A stretch of 64,000 nucleotides of DNA from a virus (lineage: Duplodnaviria > Caudoviricetes): IMG/VR virus record IMGVR_UViG_3300002307_000041, positions 1-64,000 of that record; one strand, 5' to 3'. This document shows positions 9,166 to 19,167 of this stretch, in pieces. Numbering within the stretch: the first letter of the stretch is position 1; every line of letters starts with the position of its first letter. The notes beneath the pieces are model-generated. The model was not told the origin of the DNA and ran no database searches. It was given only the letters and a program-made list of their open reading frames with translations. The translations under genes and the position numbers were made by a program.

Positions 9166-11097
9166 ATGGCATTAAGTTTAGTCTCCCCATTTTCTAAAAC
9201 AACTAACCTGGAAACATTTCCTACGATAGATGCAGCTGTCAAAGCAGCCAATGCACTAGCAGATTCTAAAAATACCAGTATTGTAGCTAATGTTATCGTA
9301 GATGGAAAAAAAATGACCGTTCCGGGTTATCAAAGTAAAGGATCTAGTGCTAACAGTTTCTTAAAGATAGCTGAGTCAAAAGTAGGCAGTATAAATGATG
9401 CTGCTACTACTGCTAGACTTTTAGCTTCTAAAATAGCAGCAGAAAAAAATGTATCTACTACTGTCGAAGTTGCAGGTAAAAAATTTACCGCAGTTCCACC
9501 AGCAAGACCAAGTGACTTAAAAAACGCAGGAAAAGGTAAACCTGGATCTGTCGCCGGCACTGGTATGAAAGAACCAAATCTCAGAGCTGCTGCTATACAG
9601 GCAATGGAGCACGCCAAAAAAGGGTCTAATCTAGACGAGAACGATACTAAAAAGAATCCAGAAATGCTAGGTTCTTCAAAGTTTGAGAGGGCGATAACAT
9701 ATAACTTACCTAGAGAAGTTAGTGGTAAGATTCCTACGATGGAAGGGCTATTAGGTGACATTCCTGGCTCGCAATTAAAAGGTGTATTAGGTAGTTTACC
9801 AAAAGAATTTAAATCTCTATTACCTATTGGAGCACTTCCGGGTATATTAAAACAGTCTCCTATTCCCCTAAACAATCTATTAAACATAGCTAGCGGGAAA
9901 ACTAGTTCTGTAGCAGGTCAAGCAGTGGGATCTTTATCACGAGGAGTAGCAGTAACTTCTGGACTTGCACGTGGATTAAGTTCGATACCATTCTCTGCTG
10001 AAACGGGAAAAGCAGTACTGAGCAACGTAATAGGAGCAACTCTAACTAATATAGCTGTAGGAAATAGCGTAAAAATTTTAGTACCGCACGTAAGTATAGC
10101 TGCTATGTCTAGCGTCAGTTTAAATTCAGCCAATGTTCCACACGTAAGATTAGCAAACATACCATCAGACCCAGCATTCTCAACATTTGCTACTTTGATT
10201 AGTGGATTAGGCGGCCGAGTGCCGTTAAGACCAACTAATCTAAGTATAGGAATACCAGGAGGAGTAGGTAGTGTAACTAGCGTATTAGGTGGGGGTGCCC
10301 TAGGTGCAGTAAGTGGAATAGCACAAAGTCTTTCCTCGTTTGATGTTGGAAATATATTTTCACCATCTCAGTTAACTAGTGCGTTACCTAAAAATATTTC
10401 CAATTTACTCAGCTCAGGTAGGCCTCCGAGATCCTTTAATCCAGGAGCAATGGGTATAAGTCCAAAAGCAGGTATGTTTACTTCTTCCCCAAACGATATA
10501 GAGAGCAGGAGGAAAGCATCTCCTGCTGCTAGGACTGTGTTACCAACCGGTGGAGCAAGACCACCTGTTACTCCACCAACAGGATCAATATTAAAAAATG
10601 GTCAGATAGACTATGGATTAGTTATTAGTCCCGGAGGAAGGACACTAGGAGAACTAGTACACTGTGGAGGCCGCCGTACATTTGAATTGCCTCCAAAGGG
10701 AGCATTGGGCTATAGCCTAGAACAGATAGTAGAAGGGTTGAAGTATCTAGCAACAAATGTTCTCGATCCTCTAGATTCTGCATACGGTAAAGCCACTGTA
10801 GAAAGCGGATACAGAGGACCTGGCGGAACTAATTATGGAACTAGCGATCATAGTTGGGGAGGTGCAGTTGATCTTACTTGGAATAATGCAGGGAAACATT
10901 ATGAGATAGCACAGTTTGTGGCTAAAAATATTAAATGTGATTGGGTATGTTTGTTCTTCAAATATAATGGAGACGTAGGCAGCATACATATCAACACTGG
11001 ACCAAGATCAAAATTTAAAGAAAAACCTAAAACTACTTTCCAAGCCGGTGCCCCGGATAGTTTTAAAGACGGAATCGTTAGACCTTCGTGGATATAA
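9166..11097 (+). CDS. tail-associated protein with C-terminal peptidase M15 domain
   Basis: SGYR...SDHSWGGAVDL...SIHI zinc motifs; Gly/Ser/Leu-rich N-terminus; divergent from PAAR. Confidence 0.7.
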   Translation: MALSLVSPFSKTTNLETFPTIDAAVKAANALADSKNTSIVANVIVDGKKMTVPGYQSKGSSANSFLKIAESKVGSINDAATTARLLASKIAAEKNVSTTVEVAGKKFTAVPPARPSDLKNAGKGKPGSVAGTGMKEPNLRAAAIQAMEHAKKGSNLDENDTKKNPEMLGSSKFERAITYNLPREVSGKIPTMEGLLGDIPGSQLKGVLGSLPKEFKSLLPIGALPGILKQSPIPLNNLLNIASGKTSSVAGQAVGSLSRGVAVTSGLARGLSSIPFSAETGKAVLSNVIGATLTNIAVGNSVKILVPHVSIAAMSSVSLNSANVPHVRLANIPSDPAFSTFATLISGLGGRVPLRPTNLSIGIPGGVGSVTSVLGGGALGAVSGIAQSLSSFDVGNIFSPSQLTSALPKNISNLLSSGRPPRSFNPGAMGISPKAGMFTSSPNDIESRRKASPAARTVLPTGGARPPVTPPTGSILKNGQIDYGLVISPGGRTLGELVHCGGRRTFELPPKGALGYSLEQIVEGLKYLATNVLDPLDSAYGKATVESGYRGPGGTNYGTSDHSWGGAVDLTWNNAGKHYEIAQFVAKNIKCDWVCLFFKYNGDVGSIHINTGPRSKFKEKPKTTFQAGAPDSFKDGIVRPSWI

Positions 11098-11098
11098 G

Positions 11099-11127
11099 TT
11101 GACAAGTCTATAAACAGATGTTATAAA
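11099..11127 (+). promoter_or_regulatory. sigma70 promoter of tmRNA
   Basis: TTGACA-N17-TATAAA. Confidence 0.8.
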
Positions 11128-11134
11128 TAACATA

Positions 11135-11445
11135 CTGTTGTTGATAGCAAAGCAATAAAACGATCAGGACCCGGGGGCGGTACCCGGCGACTCCACCATA
11201 AGCACTAACGCATTAGCTGCACCAGAAATGTCGTATGCAGGGGAATGTAAGTCGAGTAGTGCTTATGATGGGGTCGAAACAGGATCGACTGGCGTATAAA
11301 GGTTGAAGTAGACAGTCCGGCGAAAGCTCGGTTAACGCAATAAAACTTATAGATGCAAACGACAACGTTGCAACTTATGAAATGGCTCTAGCAGCTTGAT
11401 TTCAATGGGCTGGCGACTTGCCTGGAAACAGAAAAGTCGCATTTT
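11135..11445 (+). ncRNA. ssrA: two-piece (circularly permuted) tmRNA, tag ANDNVATYEMALAA
   Basis: Acceptor piece ends CGACTCCACCA at 11198; 5' GGGGTCG at 11270 pairs with it including G3-U70; tag ORF 11355-11399; outer ends approximate. Confidence 0.92.
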
Positions 11446-11513
11446 TCTTTAAATATTAATACTTTTCAACCTCCTCCGAAACTAAGTATAATACACGTAG
11501 AGAGGAGACTACA

Positions 11514-12326
11514 TTGAAAAAACATTTGTTAATGATAGGTGCTGCATCTTTATTCTTAGCTGCACCGTCTGTATCTATGGCAGCAACACCGCTACAATCT
11601 AAGGAGGAAATTATAAACTTCCAAAAAGATCACGGATTGAAACCCGATGGTATCATAGGTAAGAGGACTAGAGCTGCAATAAGAGCTGAGTCTAAAAAGA
11701 AGACTGTTAATATAGTTGACTCACCAACAGAGAAACTACCAGTTAAACCTACAGTATCTGTAAAGAAAACAGCATTTAGACCTGAGAAAATAATAAAGAA
11801 AGAAGAAAAGTGCCGTTTCTTATTTTGGGATGTAGAATGTATGCCACCCGAAAATACAACAACTGCTGATCTAGTAGAAACTATTAATCCGATAAATTCT
11901 TCAGCAAAAACGCTGGAAAAAGGATCTAGTATGATCGGAATGGATGCACAGAAAGATCACAAGACTTTAGAAAATAAACTTTCTAACACATTTGGCTACA
12001 AAATAGATCCTGCTCGTATTCCTTGGTGTGCAGCTTGGGCTAATACAGTGTTAGCTGATCTCGGAGTAAGGGGAACCGACAGTCTCGCAGCCCGCAGTTT
12101 CTTAAATTGGGGACAGGCTGTCAAGCGGCCCGAAGAAGGCGATATAGTAGTTTTTCGTCGCGGGAATAATCGATGGGCAGGGCATGTTGGATTCTATGTT
12201 AAAACTGTAGAAGTAGACGGAAGACAGTATGTAGCTGTACTTGGTGGAAATCAAGCCCGAGGCGTTAGTGTAGCATATTATGATGCCAGCAGGGTATTGG
12301 GTTACAGAAAAGTAGCCAGAGCTTAA
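11514..12326 (+). CDS. secreted NlpC/P60 peptidoglycan hydrolase (TIGR02594-like) with PG-binding motif
   Basis: Signal peptide, FQKDHGLKPDGIIG, PWCAAW, GHVGFY, LGGNQ. Confidence 0.85.
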   Translation: MKKHLLMIGAASLFLAAPSVSMAATPLQSKEEIINFQKDHGLKPDGIIGKRTRAAIRAESKKKTVNIVDSPTEKLPVKPTVSVKKTAFRPEKIIKKEEKCRFLFWDVECMPPENTTTADLVETINPINSSAKTLEKGSSMIGMDAQKDHKTLENKLSNTFGYKIDPARIPWCAAWANTVLADLGVRGTDSLAARSFLNWGQAVKRPEEGDIVVFRRGNNRWAGHVGFYVKTVEVDGRQYVAVLGGNQARGVSVAYYDASRVLGYRKVARA

Positions 12327-12349
12327 TAGTATAATATAAATAAAGAATG

Positions 12350-12377
12350 GGTAGGGGAATAGGTCCCCTATCTTTTT
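12350..12377 (+). terminator. intrinsic terminator
   Basis: GGTAGGGGA/TCCCCTATC stem followed by T-run. Confidence 0.75.
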
Positions 12378-12378
12378 C

Positions 12379-12407
12379 TTGACATAGATACACCTATGTT
12401 ATATTAT
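12379..12407 (+). promoter_or_regulatory. sigma70 promoter
   Basis: TTGACA-N17-TATTAT. Confidence 0.75.
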
Positions 12408-12431
12408 TAAACTTAAAGGAGTACACATGAG

Positions 12432-12797
12432 ATGGCATACTGGGGTTATCACCTTATACTAGATTGCGCCGACTGTAACAGCGACGCTATCCAAGACTAT
12501 AACACTATCTACAATTTCACTAAGCAGCTCGTAAAAGACATCGATATGGTGCCTTTTGGTGAACCGCAAATTGTTAACTTCGGTAGCGGAAACAAAGCCG
12601 GCTATACACTAGTACAGTTGATCGAGACCAGTAATATCTGTGCTCACTTTGTACCAGACGATATGAAGGGAGGCAACGCTATGTATCTAGACGTTTTCTC
12701 TTGCAAGGAATATGATGACCAAGTAGTGGTCGGTTTAGTGCAAAAGTACTTCGGTGCTAAGAGTATCCGTCCATCTTTCTTAACTCGTCAGGCTTGA
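12432..12797 (+). CDS. speD: S-adenosylmethionine decarboxylase proenzyme
   Basis: GYHLILD, IETSNICAH (pyruvoyl-forming Ser), YLDVFSC. Confidence 0.85.
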   Translation: MAYWGYHLILDCADCNSDAIQDYNTIYNFTKQLVKDIDMVPFGEPQIVNFGSGNKAGYTLVQLIETSNICAHFVPDDMKGGNAMYLDVFSCKEYDDQVVVGLVQKYFGAKSIRPSFLTRQA

Positions 12798-12806
12798 TTT
12801 GAACAG

Positions 12807-12835
12807 ATAGAGCCAAGGAAACTTGGCTCTATTTC
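12807..12835 (+). terminator. intrinsic terminator
   Basis: ATAGAGCCAAG-GAAA-CTTGGCTCTAT perfect stem. Confidence 0.75.
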
Positions 12836-12836
12836 C

Positions 12837-12865
12837 TTGACAATCCTTGTATCTTGTATTATACT
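12837..12865 (+). promoter_or_regulatory. sigma70 promoter
   Basis: TTGACA-N17-TATACT. Confidence 0.8.
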
Positions 12866-12886
12866 GTTTATAATATGAGGAAAGTT

Positions 12887-13168
12887 ATGCAAAAGATAAC
12901 AGCAGATTTATCCGAGATCCCATGTTCGTTTGGAGATAAGCCACACGCCGGTCGAGTTGAAACCGGTGCATTACAAATCAACGACGATTGGCCAGGTATA
13001 TTCATTAGAGGAGACAATGCACTATATGATGCTATGCAGTGTCATCAAGCAGCAGCTATACTCGAAAAGTATATCGCAGCTGATAGTGATAAAAACGTGT
13101 TTTCAAATACTATGGTATTGTCTTTCCTCAAAAATCACGCAAAATTGTTAGGGAGCAGCAGAATATGA
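12887..13168 (+). CDS. hypothetical protein
   Basis: GAGG SD before ATG 12887. Confidence 0.6.
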   Translation: MQKITADLSEIPCSFGDKPHAGRVETGALQINDDWPGIFIRGDNALYDAMQCHQAAAILEKYIAADSDKNVFSNTMVLSFLKNHAKLLGSSRI

Positions 13169-13572
13169 GTATGCATCTTGTAGGACCATATCTTACTACT
13201 ACAAAATACAATAGCAAGAAGAAAAAATCAAATTCAAAGAAACTCGTAGAAGCAACTGATAAACATAATGCATGGTTGGCTAAGCAAGGTCTTACCCCCA
13301 ATCAGCTTAAACTAAAGAAAGCATTTACAGGTGATATTAGAATTTCTAAACCAGATCTTACCACTAGTAATCCTTATCAACTTAGCAACAGCGTTGGTAA
13401 CGGTTTCAAGAAGGGCATAATGGAAAACCTCCACAAGGAGGCTCCAGAAGTACAACGAGAAATTATGATTAAGGCGAGTCGCTGTATGCCTCTCTTTAAC
13501 AAGGGTGGCTTACAGTACGCTACTCCAGGCGAAGATATGACACAAGTAGGTACCAAGAGTCGCCGCGGCTAA
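13165..13572 (+). CDS. basic hypothetical protein
   Basis: 135-aa ORF, ATGA coupling. Confidence 0.7.
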   Translation: MSMHLVGPYLTTTKYNSKKKKSNSKKLVEATDKHNAWLAKQGLTPNQLKLKKAFTGDIRISKPDLTTSNPYQLSNSVGNGFKKGIMENLHKEAPEVQREIMIKASRCMPLFNKGGLQYATPGEDMTQVGTKSRRG

Positions 13573-13601
13573 GATAAATAACTTAAAGAAGGATAATCAC
13601 C

Positions 13602-14276
13602 ATGGCTTCAGGATTTCAAAATAATCAATACCAACTAACACCAAATTATTATCGTGTCACTATCGATACTAGTGCTTGGTCAACTACTGCCGCAAACAAT
13701 GATAGCGGTGCTGTTGAAGCTTGGGATTATAATTATTTCTCAACATTAAACACCACACTTAATAATTCCATACGCAGGGCTAGAGGAAATATACGTTTCA
13801 ATGCTATCTTATCTCAGTTAGCTACTGGTAACAATCCAGAAATACTAGATATGACAGTAATGAAATCTGGTCCAACAGCAGAGACAGCAGCTGATAACAC
13901 AGCAGTAAGTGTATCATTTACTGTAGGATATCCTGTAGAAGAAGGTGTGCTGGCTGCTTGGCAGAGTATTATTAATGGAACTGGTGGTCCGGGTACATTT
14001 AGTGATGGGTCAACTGCACTAACAGCTACACCTTATGAACAGTTGTCTCAAACTAACGCCGCTACCGCTATACAGAACTCTATTAAGGAAGCGGTAGTAC
14101 GTGGAATTACGATCGGCGGATCTAGTGGATATAGTCGCCAGTATAGGACATACGATCCTACTCCGGGACAGCAATATCAATCATTGGTCACTGTAACACA
14201 ACCTGACACTCCTGTTAACGTATGGGCAAAGGTTACAGTATCAATTATCGATACTATGACACAACAAACATTCTAA
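13602..14276 (+). CDS. putative virion structural protein
   Basis: Thr/Asn-rich; GATAAATA box and AAGGA upstream. Confidence 0.6.
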   Translation: MASGFQNNQYQLTPNYYRVTIDTSAWSTTAANNDSGAVEAWDYNYFSTLNTTLNNSIRRARGNIRFNAILSQLATGNNPEILDMTVMKSGPTAETAADNTAVSVSFTVGYPVEEGVLAAWQSIINGTGGPGTFSDGSTALTATPYEQLSQTNAATAIQNSIKEAVVRGITIGGSSGYSRQYRTYDPTPGQQYQSLVTVTQPDTPVNVWAKVTVSIIDTMTQQTF

Positions 14277-14286
14277 GGATTAAAAA

Positions 14287-15651
14287 TTGTTTTTAGGTCT
14301 ATTAACTCTGCTGACTGCACTTGTAATCAGTAGTGTAGCGATTTATTACTCAGTCTCTGGATTAACAGCTATATTTGCTGGTGCAGCAATCCCTATCATG
14401 GTAATGGGAACTGTACTAGAAGTAGGAAAGCTCGTAGTAGCTAGCTGGTTACATCATAATTGGAAAACAGCTCCTATCCTACTTAGGAGCTACTTCATCA
14501 TAGCTACATTTGTTTTAATGATCATTACTAGTATGGGCATCTTTGGATTCTTAAGTAGGGCCCATATCGAACAAGGTGCACCTGTTGGCGATGTATCTGC
14601 TCAGATTGAATTAATAGACGGAAAAATCGCGGGTAAGAAAAATGAAATTACACAAGCACAGACAGCAGTTAAAAATCTAGACGAAGTTGTTGCCCAATAT
14701 CTATTAAAAGGTAAAGATGAAAAATCTGTGGCAGCAGCAAATAATGCCCGTAGGAATCAACAAAAAGAACGCGATAAGTTAGCTAAACAGATCGATGATG
14801 CTCAGACTACTATTAATAAACTAAGCGAAGAAAAAGCACCTCTTACAACCAAAGTAAGAAAGATAGAGACAGAAGTTGGTCCTATAAAGTATATAGCTGC
14901 ATTTATTTACGGATCTAATCCAAGCGGAGATTTATTAGAAAAAGCAGTTACTTGGATGATAATGATTATCATCTTTGTGTTTGATCCACTGGCTGTATTA
15001 TTGCTCATTGCTAGCCAGATGAGCCTAACACAAGCTAGCGTAGCCAGGAAACTTAAAAGAGAAGAAAAGCTAAAAGCAAAAGAACCCGTTATAGTAGAAA
15101 CACCTGTGGTTATTCCATTAGAAGAACCAAAAAAAGTAGAAGAGATTATTATTCCTGTGCCAATTAACAACCCTGTCGAAGAAGTACCAATAGTACTAAA
15201 AAAAGTTAAAAAGTCTCGCAAACCTGCAAAGAAAAAAGAAAAGAAAATCGTTGACGAAACTGCTATTGCGGTCCCAACAACAGAGGTCCTTGCAGAGGCA
15301 ATAGCAGAAATAAAAAAAGAAGAAGCTAAGAAAATAGAAGAACTTGCAGAGCCTATTATATACATCCAAAATAGCGAACAGACTGATAATACCCTATGGA
15401 ACAGGGTACAAGCAAATCGTAAGATATTCAAACCAATGGATATACTTTATAGCGAATATCACGAACACGGATTTAAGGATATTGATTTATCAAATCACGA
15501 TCAAACAAATCCCGAGATACAGATGCTAACTAAGTATGTTGATGATATTAAAAACGGTGTGATAAAATTCGATGATATTCCGTTGGAACACAGAGAAAAG
15601 TTGGCAGAGTTAATAACAAGTGACCAAAATACTGCTAGTAACGTATCCTGA
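14287..15651 (+). CDS. membrane protein with coiled-coil
   Basis: Three N-terminal hydrophobic segments, coiled-coil, further TM segment (IFVFDPLAVLLL), Lys/Glu tail. Confidence 0.75.
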   Translation: MFLGLLTLLTALVISSVAIYYSVSGLTAIFAGAAIPIMVMGTVLEVGKLVVASWLHHNWKTAPILLRSYFIIATFVLMIITSMGIFGFLSRAHIEQGAPVGDVSAQIELIDGKIAGKKNEITQAQTAVKNLDEVVAQYLLKGKDEKSVAAANNARRNQQKERDKLAKQIDDAQTTINKLSEEKAPLTTKVRKIETEVGPIKYIAAFIYGSNPSGDLLEKAVTWMIMIIIFVFDPLAVLLLIASQMSLTQASVARKLKREEKLKAKEPVIVETPVVIPLEEPKKVEEIIIPVPINNPVEEVPIVLKKVKKSRKPAKKKEKKIVDETAIAVPTTEVLAEAIAEIKKEEAKKIEELAEPIIYIQNSEQTDNTLWNRVQANRKIFKPMDILYSEYHEHGFKDIDLSNHDQTNPEIQMLTKYVDDIKNGVIKFDDIPLEHREKLAELITSDQNTASNVS

Positions 15652-15988
15652 TTACTATCACGATAAATCTAAAAAAGCTCTATTAATCAATACTACAGCT
15701 GAAGAAAATACAGCTATAAATGATTGGCTTTTAAATAACCCAATAGGTATGACCATTTATCTTTATAATAATGAAGATCATTTAGAATGGTTATTAAATG
15801 TTGCAAATCAAGCAGATACTGTATATTTAAATGTTGACAACACGACAGATATATCGTATCATTATATAAGTTATTTGGTTTCAATGACCAATACTACTTG
15901 GAGTAGTCAAAAGATAGACTATTCTATAATTAACAAAGGAAAAATCTATAATGTCACTGAATACATGGCAAGAAACTGGTTGGCTTAA
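15620..15988 (+). CDS. hypothetical protein
   Basis: 122-aa ORF. Confidence 0.65.
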   Translation: MTKILLVTYPDYYHDKSKKALLINTTAEENTAINDWLLNNPIGMTIYLYNNEDHLEWLLNVANQADTVYLNVDNTTDISYHYISYLVSMTNTTWSSQKIDYSIINKGKIYNVTEYMARNWLA

Positions 15989-16217
15989 CGATAACGACAC
16001 TGGTCGTCAATTTAAAGGGACTAGGATCTTCGTTAAGAATAATGACGTAACTAAGGCACTTCGTAAGTTTAAGAAGCGCCTACAAGATGAGGGTTGGTTT
16101 AATGAACTACGCAAGAGAGAACATTACACTAGCCCAAGCGAACAAAAGCGTAAGGATCTAGCATCTGCACAGGTACGCGAAAAGAAGCGTGTTGCGCAGT
16201 GGAAGACTGAACAATAA
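15951..16217 (+). CDS. rpsU: ribosomal protein bS21
   Basis: VKNNDVTKALRKFKKR...LRKREHYTSPSEQKR matches the bS21 pattern. Confidence 0.88.
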   Translation: MSLNTWQETGWLNDNDTGRQFKGTRIFVKNNDVTKALRKFKKRLQDEGWFNELRKREHYTSPSEQKRKDLASAQVREKKRVAQWKTEQ

Positions 16218-16229
16218 TTTTTCAGAATA

Positions 16230-16258
16230 TTGACAACTTTTTTGTTGTCATGTATAAA
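16230..16258 (+). promoter_or_regulatory. sigma70 promoter of dnaK
   Basis: TTGACA-N17-TATAAA (also reads TATAAATA). Confidence 0.8.
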
Positions 16259-16264
16259 TAATAT

Positions 16265-16320
16265 TAGCTTCGATGCCGTAAAGGATTGAAGCTATTATTT
16301 CTTGCTTAACAAAAGGAGAA
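16265..16320 (+). promoter_or_regulatory. ROSE-like RNA thermometer in dnaK leader
   Basis: 5' hairpin plus TTCTTGCTT/AAGGAGAA hairpin with bulged G pairing the SD. Confidence 0.65.
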
Positions 16321-16325
16321 CAGAA

Positions 16326-18242
16326 ATGGGTAAGATAATCGGTATCGATCTCGGTACAACTAATTCATGCATAGCCGTCCTAGAAGGAAAGACCACAAAG
16401 GTTATAGAAAATTCCGAAGGCGCAAGAACAACCCCCAGCATAGTAGCATATACAGACACCGAAATACTTGTAGGGCAACCTGCAAAGCGACAGGCTGTAA
16501 CTAATGCTAAGAATACTATCTACGCAGCAAAGCGTTTGATTGGACGTCGTTTTGACGAGCAAGCAGTGCAGCGTGATATTAATACGATTCCATTTAAAAT
16601 CGTCAAGGCAAAGAACGGCGATGCTTGGATCGAAGCTAATGATCAAGAATATGCTCCGCAGCAGGTTTCAGCAGAAATCCTCCGTAAGATCAAGAAGGAT
16701 GCAGAAGCCTATCTCGGTAGTGAGGTAACACAGGCAGTTATTACTGTTCCTGCTTACTTCAACGACAGCCAGCGCCAGGCAACTAAGGATGCTGGTAAGA
16801 TCGCAGGATTAGAAGTCTTACGTATCATCAATGAGCCAACAGCAGCAGCTTTAGCATTTGGGTGTGATAAGACCGATAAGAAGGATCGCAAGATTGCAGT
16901 GTACGACTTAGGTGGTGGTACATTTGACGTTTCAATCATTGAAATCTCCGAAACAGATGGTGACAAACAGTTTGAAGTACTTTCCACAAATGGTGATACA
17001 CACTTAGGTGGTGAGGATTTCGATCAGCGCATTGTTGACTTCTTGATCGCAGAATTCAAGAAGGATCAAGGTATTGATCTAGCTAAAGACTCAATGGCAC
17101 TACAGCGTCTTAAGGAAGGTGCTGAAAAGGCAAAGATTGAGTTATCGAGCGCAGTACAGACTGAAGTCAATATGCCTTATATTACAGCAGATGCAAGTGG
17201 ACCTAAGCACTTACAGGTTAAGCTAACACGCAGCAAGTTTGAGTCACTAGTTGACGATCTCATACAGCGATCAGTTGGTCCTTGTAAGACTGCTATCGCA
17301 GATGCTAAGATCGATATCAATGACATTGACGATGTTATCTTAGTTGGTGGTCAGACTCGTATGCCTAAGGTACAAGAAGTCGTTGAACAGTTGTTTGGCA
17401 AGGCTCCACGTAAGGATGTTAACCCAGACGAAGCAGTAGCAGCAGGTGCAGCTATCCAAGGCGCCGTCCTAGGTGGCGAAAAGAATGACGTTCTATTGCT
17501 AGACGTTACTCCACTATCGTTAGGTATTGAAACTATGGGCGGTATCTTTAACAAGCTCATTGAAAAGAATACTACTATTCCTGCTAAGAAGAGCCAGATC
17601 TATAGCACAGCTGATGATAATCAGACAAGTGTTACTATTAAGGTAGGCCAGGGCGAGCGAGAACTTGCTGTTCATAACAAGGTATTAGGGCTGTTCAATC
17701 TCGACGGTATCCCTCCAGCTCCACGTGGTATGCCACAGATTGAAGTTACATTTGATATCGACGCTAACGGTATCCTAAGTGTAACTGCTAAGGACAAGGG
17801 CACTAATAAGGAACAGAAGATCACTATCCAAAGCAACAGCGGATTAAGCGATGACGAAATCGAACAAATGATCCGAGATGCAGAGGCTAATGCTGAATCT
17901 GACAAGCAGCAACGTGAATTGATTGAAGCTCGCAACCAAGGCGAAGCACAGATCAACACATTGCGTAAGGATCTAGAAAAGCATAAGGCCGATCTAAAGG
18001 AAGACGAAGTAGCAAAGATCGAAGACATTATTACGCAGATCGACACTGCTATTAAGGGCGAAGATCCTAAGGCTATCACTGAGCTGTTCTCAAAGATCTA
18101 CGAAGCAGCCGGTCCGCTTTACGAAGCAATGAGCAAAGCAAAGGAAGCAGAAGATGCAGCACAAGCAGCACCAACTGAGTCCGCTAATAACGAAGAAATT
18201 TTAGACGCAGAATTCACCGAAGTGAAGAAAGACGCAGCTTGA
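16326..18242 (+). CDS. dnaK: chaperone DnaK (Hsp70)
   Basis: [44 protein letters not shown] tail. Confidence 0.98.
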   Translation: MGKIIGIDLGTTNSCIAVLEGKTTKVIENSEGARTTPSIVAYTDTEILVGQPAKRQAVTNAKNTIYAAKRLIGRRFDEQAVQRDINTIPFKIVKAKNGDAWIEANDQEYAPQQVSAEILRKIKKDAEAYLGSEVTQAVITVPAYFNDSQRQATKDAGKIAGLEVLRIINEPTAAALAFGCDKTDKKDRKIAVYDLGGGTFDVSIIEISETDGDKQFEVLSTNGDTHLGGEDFDQRIVDFLIAEFKKDQGIDLAKDSMALQRLKEGAEKAKIELSSAVQTEVNMPYITADASGPKHLQVKLTRSKFESLVDDLIQRSVGPCKTAIADAKIDINDIDDVILVGGQTRMPKVQEVVEQLFGKAPRKDVNPDEAVAAGAAIQGAVLGGEKNDVLLLDVTPLSLGIETMGGIFNKLIEKNTTIPAKKSQIYSTADDNQTSVTIKVGQGERELAVHNKVLGLFNLDGIPPAPRGMPQIEVTFDIDANGILSVTAKDKGTNKEQKITIQSNSGLSDDEIEQMIRDAEANAESDKQQRELIEARNQGEAQINTLRKDLEKHKADLKEDEVAKIEDIITQIDTAIKGEDPKAITELFSKIYEAAGPLYEAMSKAKEAEDAAQAAPTESANNEEILDAEFTEVKKDAA

Positions 18243-18267
18243 CACTAAGCTGAGTCTGCGTTATAAT
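18239..18267 (+). promoter_or_regulatory. consensus sigma70 promoter of sHsp gene
   Basis: TTGACA-N17-TATAAT. Confidence 0.85.
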
Positions 18268-18273
18268 AAAAGA

Positions 18274-18342
18274 ATAAGCGTGATCGCCAAATTGGGGTCA
18301 CGCTTATAGACCGAGAAGGTCAAATCTTGCTTAAGAAGGAGA
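18274..18342 (+). promoter_or_regulatory. ROSE-like RNA thermometer in sHsp leader
   Basis: Three hairpins; the last is TCTTGCTT-AAG-AAGGAGA with bulged G opposite the SD. Confidence 0.75.
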
Positions 18343-18348
18343 TAAAAT

Positions 18349-18777
18349 ATGACTACAAGAACTACATTTGACTTAGTACCTTTACATAGATTTGCTGTTG
18401 GCTTTGACCAGCTGTTTAACGACATGGACAGATTAATGAACGCACAGCAGGCAAATAATACGTACCCCCCTTACAATATCGTTAGACTTGATGTAGATAG
18501 CTTTCTTATTGAAGTAGCTGTCGCAGGATTTGCTGAGGATGAGCTTGACGTAAGCGTAGATCAAGGACAGTTGATCATTCAGGGCTCAACCAAAGATAAC
18601 GATGAACGTAATTATTTGTACAAAGGTATTGGTACTAGGAACTTTACAAGGACATTTAGGCTAGATCATTTCATTGAAATATCTGGCGCTAAGATAGAGA
18701 ATGGTCTGTTAAGGGTAACTTTAACCAGGATTGTTCCAGAAGAACTAAAGCCACGAAAGATACCAATCGAATCTTAA
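18349..18777 (+). CDS. ibpA: small heat shock protein (IbpA/Hsp20)
   Basis: YPPYNI, AVAGF, YKGIGTRNF, NGLL. Confidence 0.93.
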   Translation: MTTRTTFDLVPLHRFAVGFDQLFNDMDRLMNAQQANNTYPPYNIVRLDVDSFLIEVAVAGFAEDELDVSVDQGQLIIQGSTKDNDERNYLYKGIGTRNFTRTFRLDHFIEISGAKIENGLLRVTLTRIVPEELKPRKIPIES

Positions 18778-18842
18778 AATCTGCCGTTGTGGGGGGCATA
18801 GTGCCCTCCACAATATAAATACAATATGGGGCTTATATAATA

Positions 18843-19145
18843 ATGGATCAAATCGAACACGATACCCTTGAAAAGACTAACAAGCTGGAAGAAGAACCCG
18901 GTAAGTATAAAGTAATTTTCCTCAATGATGAAGTAACTCCAATGGAGTTTGTAATTGAAGTATTACAGCGGGTCTTTAAGCACGACCGCGGTACTAGTGA
19001 AGTATTAACTATGTCAGTACATCACGAAGGATCAGCAGTGGTTGGTGTTTACTCTTTTGAAATCGCAGAACAGCGCGGAGTCGAATCAACAGTTTTAGCT
19101 AGAAATAACGGGTTTCCCCTACAGGTCAAGATTGAAAAGGAATGA
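18843..19145 (+). CDS. clpS: N-degron adaptor ClpS
   Basis: YKVIFLNDEVTPMEFVIEVL, VHHEGSAVVG, FPLQVKIE. Confidence 0.93.
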   Translation: MDQIEHDTLEKTNKLEEEPGKYKVIFLNDEVTPMEFVIEVLQRVFKHDRGTSEVLTMSVHHEGSAVVGVYSFEIAEQRGVESTVLARNNGFPLQVKIEKE

Positions 19146-19167
19146 TTTTTAGAGTCATAAGTAACAT

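Noticed and set aside
16200-18300. CIRCE/HrcA or sigma32 control of dnaK and the sHsp gene
   Set aside because: No TTAGCACTC-N9-GAGTGCTAA; both promoters match the sigma70 consensus.
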